The notes under the pieces were generated by a model, which did not search any database, had not been told where the DNA came from, and was given only the letters and a program-made list of their open reading frames with translations. A DNA stretch of 46,239 bases from a virus. Its lineage: Duplodnaviria; Caudoviricetes. Both the position numbers and the translations under genes were made by a program. Location of the stretch: positions 1 to 46,239 of the IMG/VR virus record IMGVR_UViG_3300014656_000008; one strand, given 5' to 3'. Shown here one piece after another: positions 42,980 to 46,239 of this stretch. Position 1 is the first letter of the stretch. Each line of letters begins with the position of its first letter.

Positions 42980-43999
42980 ATGAGTAAGACCCTTCTACAG
43001 ACTGTGAACGCAGGCCTCCTAGCCATAGGTGAGCCCGAGATTGCGGCGTTCGACACTGCCCGCGATGATATCGTGCAGGAGATGCTGATCCAGGAGGCCA
43101 ACAACGCCGTACGCGAAGTCTTGTCGCTGGGGCACTTCCGCTGGGGTCTGCATCGTTCTACGTTTCTGACGGTGGATGACATCACCGAGGAATATGTCGC
43201 TGTCACCAATGGTAGCGCCACTGTCACGTCAGTAGACGAAGACGGCGCTGACGCCACCAACTTCGGCGATGTCACCACGGATATGTTCATCCGCGTGGGT
43301 GTGGACCTGGAGTCCTACAAGATCACCGACGTAGATGTCGTCAGCACCCCCAACACGCTGACGATAGAACAGGCCTACCGGGGCACCACCGACACTGATA
43401 CCACCTACGTCATCTTCCAGGACACCTACGACATCACCACGTCGAATGTAGATGAGATCAAGCTGCTACAGTACGGGCAGGGGCGTGTCTACATTCAGGC
43501 GGGTCTCGGTGACACCATCATCGAGCAGGTGAAGTTGGAGACCATCTATCGCGAAGCCGGGGGGGACATACACCGTGACACGTCCGGGAAGCCTGCGTTG
43601 TTTGCGGTGATTTCCAACGACGCCGACGAATACCCGCGCATTGTGCTGTGGCCGTATCCCAAAGACGTGTACTTGATGGAGTTCTGGTATCTTCTGAACT
43701 TCGACGAGAATGAGACGGCGGCGACGGCGATGTTCGGTGCCGACGCTCCGCTGGTCGCCTACGACGCCGTAGAGTACCGCGTCTGCCGCCGGGCATGCCA
43801 GCACGATCAGGACTGGACGGGTTTCGAGGCGTGGGACCGGCAGCACAAGCAGGCGTTGTCGCAGATCGTAGCTCGTGAAAACCGGGGGCGCATTGACAAC
43901 CAGATGTCTGTGGAAACCTTTCGCCGGGAGTCGTGGCGCGGTATCCGTGGGCAGTCCGCTATAGCATACGACACACAGTCTGCGGTGAGGCACTGGTAA
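42980..43999 (+). CDS. Head-tail adaptor (T7 gp11/P22 gp4-like) with inserted beta domain
   Basis: LLQTVNAGLLAIGEP...VREVL...W start; insert VAVTNGSATVT...; LWPYP. Confidence 0.7.
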   Translation: MSKTLLQTVNAGLLAIGEPEIAAFDTARDDIVQEMLIQEANNAVREVLSLGHFRWGLHRSTFLTVDDITEEYVAVTNGSATVTSVDEDGADATNFGDVTTDMFIRVGVDLESYKITDVDVVSTPNTLTIEQAYRGTTDTDTTYVIFQDTYDITTSNVDEIKLLQYGQGRVYIQAGLGDTIIEQVKLETIYREAGGDIHRDTSGKPALFAVISNDADEYPRIVLWPYPKDVYLMEFWYLLNFDENETAATAMFGADAPLVAYDAVEYRVCRRACQHDQDWTGFEAWDRQHKQALSQIVARENRGRIDNQMSVETFRRESWRGIRGQSAIAYDTQSAVRHW

Positions 44000-45555
44000 T
44001 GGCACGCGGTAAGGGTTGGCACGAAGAGCCGCACTATGCGGAGGGCGAGGGCATCTGCCGCATCAGACCGCGCAATGATCCCGAGTTCCCCAACGGTGCG
44101 TGGTGGGATCTCTACAACTGCGTCTACGACAAGGAATCCGACAACCCGGAGTGTCTTAGGGGCGGCACGCGCATAGGGTCTACGGACATGGGGGGCACGG
44201 TGTCTGGGCTTTTCGACTTCGACAACGGATCGAAAGCCATAGCCACCTGCACGGATGGCAAGATATACGAATACACGGCGTCGGACTGGACCGCCGACGC
44301 TACGGGAGCGCGGGGGTCTGGCAATGACACCGCCGCCACAACGCGGTGGTCGGGGTGCATGTATTACGGTGCAACATCGGTAAAGAACCTGCTGATACTG
44401 TGTGATGGCATTGACGCCCCGGCCAAGTGGGAAGCCACAGGGCACACCACCAATCTTGGTGGCGGGGCACCAGCGACGGGAAACTTCCCCGCTCCGTGGC
44501 AGGGGAGATTGTGGATGGCAACGGGGACCACGCTATACTGCAGCGATACCAACGACGCAGAGGATTTCACCGGCGGGGAAAACATTGCCATCTACCGGGG
44601 TTACGACGGCAATATCACGGGGTTGAAGCCGTTCTCGCAGAATCTTTTTATCTTCAAGAGGTCCAGCATCTACCGCATAGGACCCACGGAGACCTTCAAC
44701 CAGAGTACGGTGAAGAACGTCTCCACGACATTAGGGTGTGTGAACCACAATACCCTTCAGGAAGCGCAGAACGGCAACTATCTGGTGTTCATGAGTGAGC
44801 GTGGTCCTGCGGCGCTGATGCCGTCCAACAACTATGCGGGGTTCAGGGTGGAGCAGATCGGGCAGTGGGTCAAGCCGATCACGAAGTATGCCAACAAGGA
44901 CGCCGGCAATGTAGCCTGGGGCTTGTGGAACGGCGATAGGCAGGAGTACTATCTGCACTACGCCGTAGGTTCTGCGACCTCTGCGGATCAGGGTGTCATC
45001 GCCAACTTTGCCAGGAACAGGAAGCCGCCGAGGTGGACGCGTTTCAACATCCTGAACTTCAGCGCGGGTATGATGTTCAACGAAGGCAACACGGATTACC
45101 TGCAGTGGATCGGTGATGACAACGGCAGGGTCTACCAGATGCACGTGCAGAGCGAAATCACCGTAGACAATACGCCGATATTGGGGCGGATGGCGAGCAA
45201 GTACTACGTCAACGGTGCGCCGAACCACATGAAAAACTACGGGTGGGCGTTCGTGGACGGTGCTGCCGATGGTGCTTATTCCGTGAGTGTCTACTTGCAG
45301 ATGTTGCGGACGGGAATGCAGAGTGCGCCCCCGAACACCGAGGAGGAGGCTTTCAGCACGGCGGACTCCACCTGGGGTGTCGGCAAGTGGGGAGAAGCCC
45401 TGTGGGGAGGCTCCGGCACCGTAGGGCGCAGGATACGCCCCTCCAAGGTTGCACGTGCAACGGGTATGGGTATCATCACAGAGAGCACGCGGTGGTATCT
45501 GATCAATGGCAACATCATAGCCTCAGACATCAGGGGTACGAACATCGCAGCATAA
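43999..45555 (+). CDS. Tail nozzle/packaged-DNA stabilisation protein (P22 gp10/T7 gp12-like)
   Basis: Beta-propeller-like repeats (WQGRLW, ITGLKPF...LFIFK, GCV); WGxGxWG near the C-terminus. Confidence 0.75.
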   Translation: MARGKGWHEEPHYAEGEGICRIRPRNDPEFPNGAWWDLYNCVYDKESDNPECLRGGTRIGSTDMGGTVSGLFDFDNGSKAIATCTDGKIYEYTASDWTADATGARGSGNDTAATTRWSGCMYYGATSVKNLLILCDGIDAPAKWEATGHTTNLGGGAPATGNFPAPWQGRLWMATGTTLYCSDTNDAEDFTGGENIAIYRGYDGNITGLKPFSQNLFIFKRSSIYRIGPTETFNQSTVKNVSTTLGCVNHNTLQEAQNGNYLVFMSERGPAALMPSNNYAGFRVEQIGQWVKPITKYANKDAGNVAWGLWNGDRQEYYLHYAVGSATSADQGVIANFARNRKPPRWTRFNILNFSAGMMFNEGNTDYLQWIGDDNGRVYQMHVQSEITVDNTPILGRMASKYYVNGAPNHMKNYGWAFVDGAADGAYSVSVYLQMLRTGMQSAPPNTEEEAFSTADSTWGVGKWGEALWGGSGTVGRRIRPSKVARATGMGIITESTRWYLINGNIIASDIRGTNIAA

Positions 45556-45564
45556 AGGTGACAC

Positions 45565-46239
45565 ATGGCGACACTGAGAGCGAGCCTGGCGAGTCACGCT
45601 GCGAAGGACGGCAGCGGCGATAAGATCTACGGCAGCGAAGTTGACGAGAACCCTTACGTTATTGCTGATATTTTGGATGGCACCACCAGCACCCCGTTGG
45701 GGCAGGCCGGGGATATCACTGTCGCCAACGGCTACGGGTTGGTGGTGGGTCATACCGCGCAGGTCGCCGCAGGCGGCACGACGTTCGAGATGCAGGTGTT
45801 AGGCACTGCCGCCGCCGACAGCGGCTTAGGTGTTGTGGGCTTCAGCGCCACGGCAGCGACGGCACCTATCATCTCCTTCGGGAGGTCCAAGGCCGCTGCC
45901 ATCGGCACCTATACCATCGTCGCCGACAACGACATCCTGGGGACTATCAACTGGGCCGCCGCTGACGGGGTGGACCTAGCTACGATAGTGGCGAGTCTTT
46001 CCGTCGAAGTCGATGACGCCACCCCTGCTGCTGATACCGTGGGCGCGGCTATGGTCATCAAGACCTCCGCCGCCGAAGGTACTATCACCGAAAGGTTGCG
46101 TATTGCCGGTGATGGGACGATAGTAGCGGCGGTGCCGGATGTGACGATCTTCGATGACAGCAACAACGCCGATGTATCTGTGAAGATCGGCACCAGCGCT
46201 ACGGAGTGTCTGACGATACAGGTCCTAAACGGTGCGGCG
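45565..46239 (+). CDS. Putative tail fibre/spike, N-terminal part (continues at 1-1176)
   Basis: AAGGTG RBS; frame stays open to the window end and continues into 16-1176 through the terminal repeat. Confidence 0.65.
   Translation, partial: MATLRASLASHAAKDGSGDKIYGSEVDENPYVIADILDGTTSTPLGQAGDITVANGYGLVVGHTAQVAAGGTTFEMQVLGTAAADSGLGVVGFSATAATAPIISFGRSKAAAIGTYTIVADNDILGTINWAAADGVDLATIVASLSVEVDDATPAADTVGAAMVIKTSAAEGTITERLRIAGDGTIVAAVPDVTIFDDSNNADVSVKIGTSATECLTIQVLNGAA
46117..46239. repeat. Terminal direct repeat, copy 2
   Basis: Identical to 1-123. Confidence 0.95.

Noticed and set aside
46117-46239. 123-bp terminal repeat as a biological phage DTR
   Set aside because: It falls mid-gene with the frame continuing through it; most simply an assembler overlap on a circular contig.

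Overview
The window appears to be a complete, circularly assembled ~46.1-kb genome of a GC-rich dsDNA tailed phage; bases 1-123 are identical to 46117-46239. Gene content suggests a podovirus: portal, scaffold, HK97-type capsid, adaptor, nozzle, tail fibre and three putative ejection proteins, with no recognisable tape measure or tail tube. The + strand carries the packaging/virion/lysis arm (about 30.6 kb, through the junction, to 10 kb). The - strand carries many small early genes, a lambda-O-like initiator with internal iterons, a sigma-70-type factor and an XRE HTH gene. No integrase was recognised, but there is a dif-like site near an excisionase-like gene. The most striking features are: (1) a rich RNA layer in the leftward arm, with three type II hammerhead ribozymes placed just before ribosome-binding sites, an ~800-nt non-coding locus where two closed multi-stem RNA domains are each followed by an identical 95-nt repeat, a further ~160-nt structured RNA, and two attenuator-like leaders of shared architecture; (2) a terminase large subunit split into an ATPase gene and a nuclease gene ~21.5 kb apart, plus a possible degenerate second nuclease copy; (3) at least 11 dispersed copies of the palindrome GCGCAAG-N1-2-CTTGCGC. 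All product calls rest on motifs and synteny recognised by eye; no database searches or folding programs were run.
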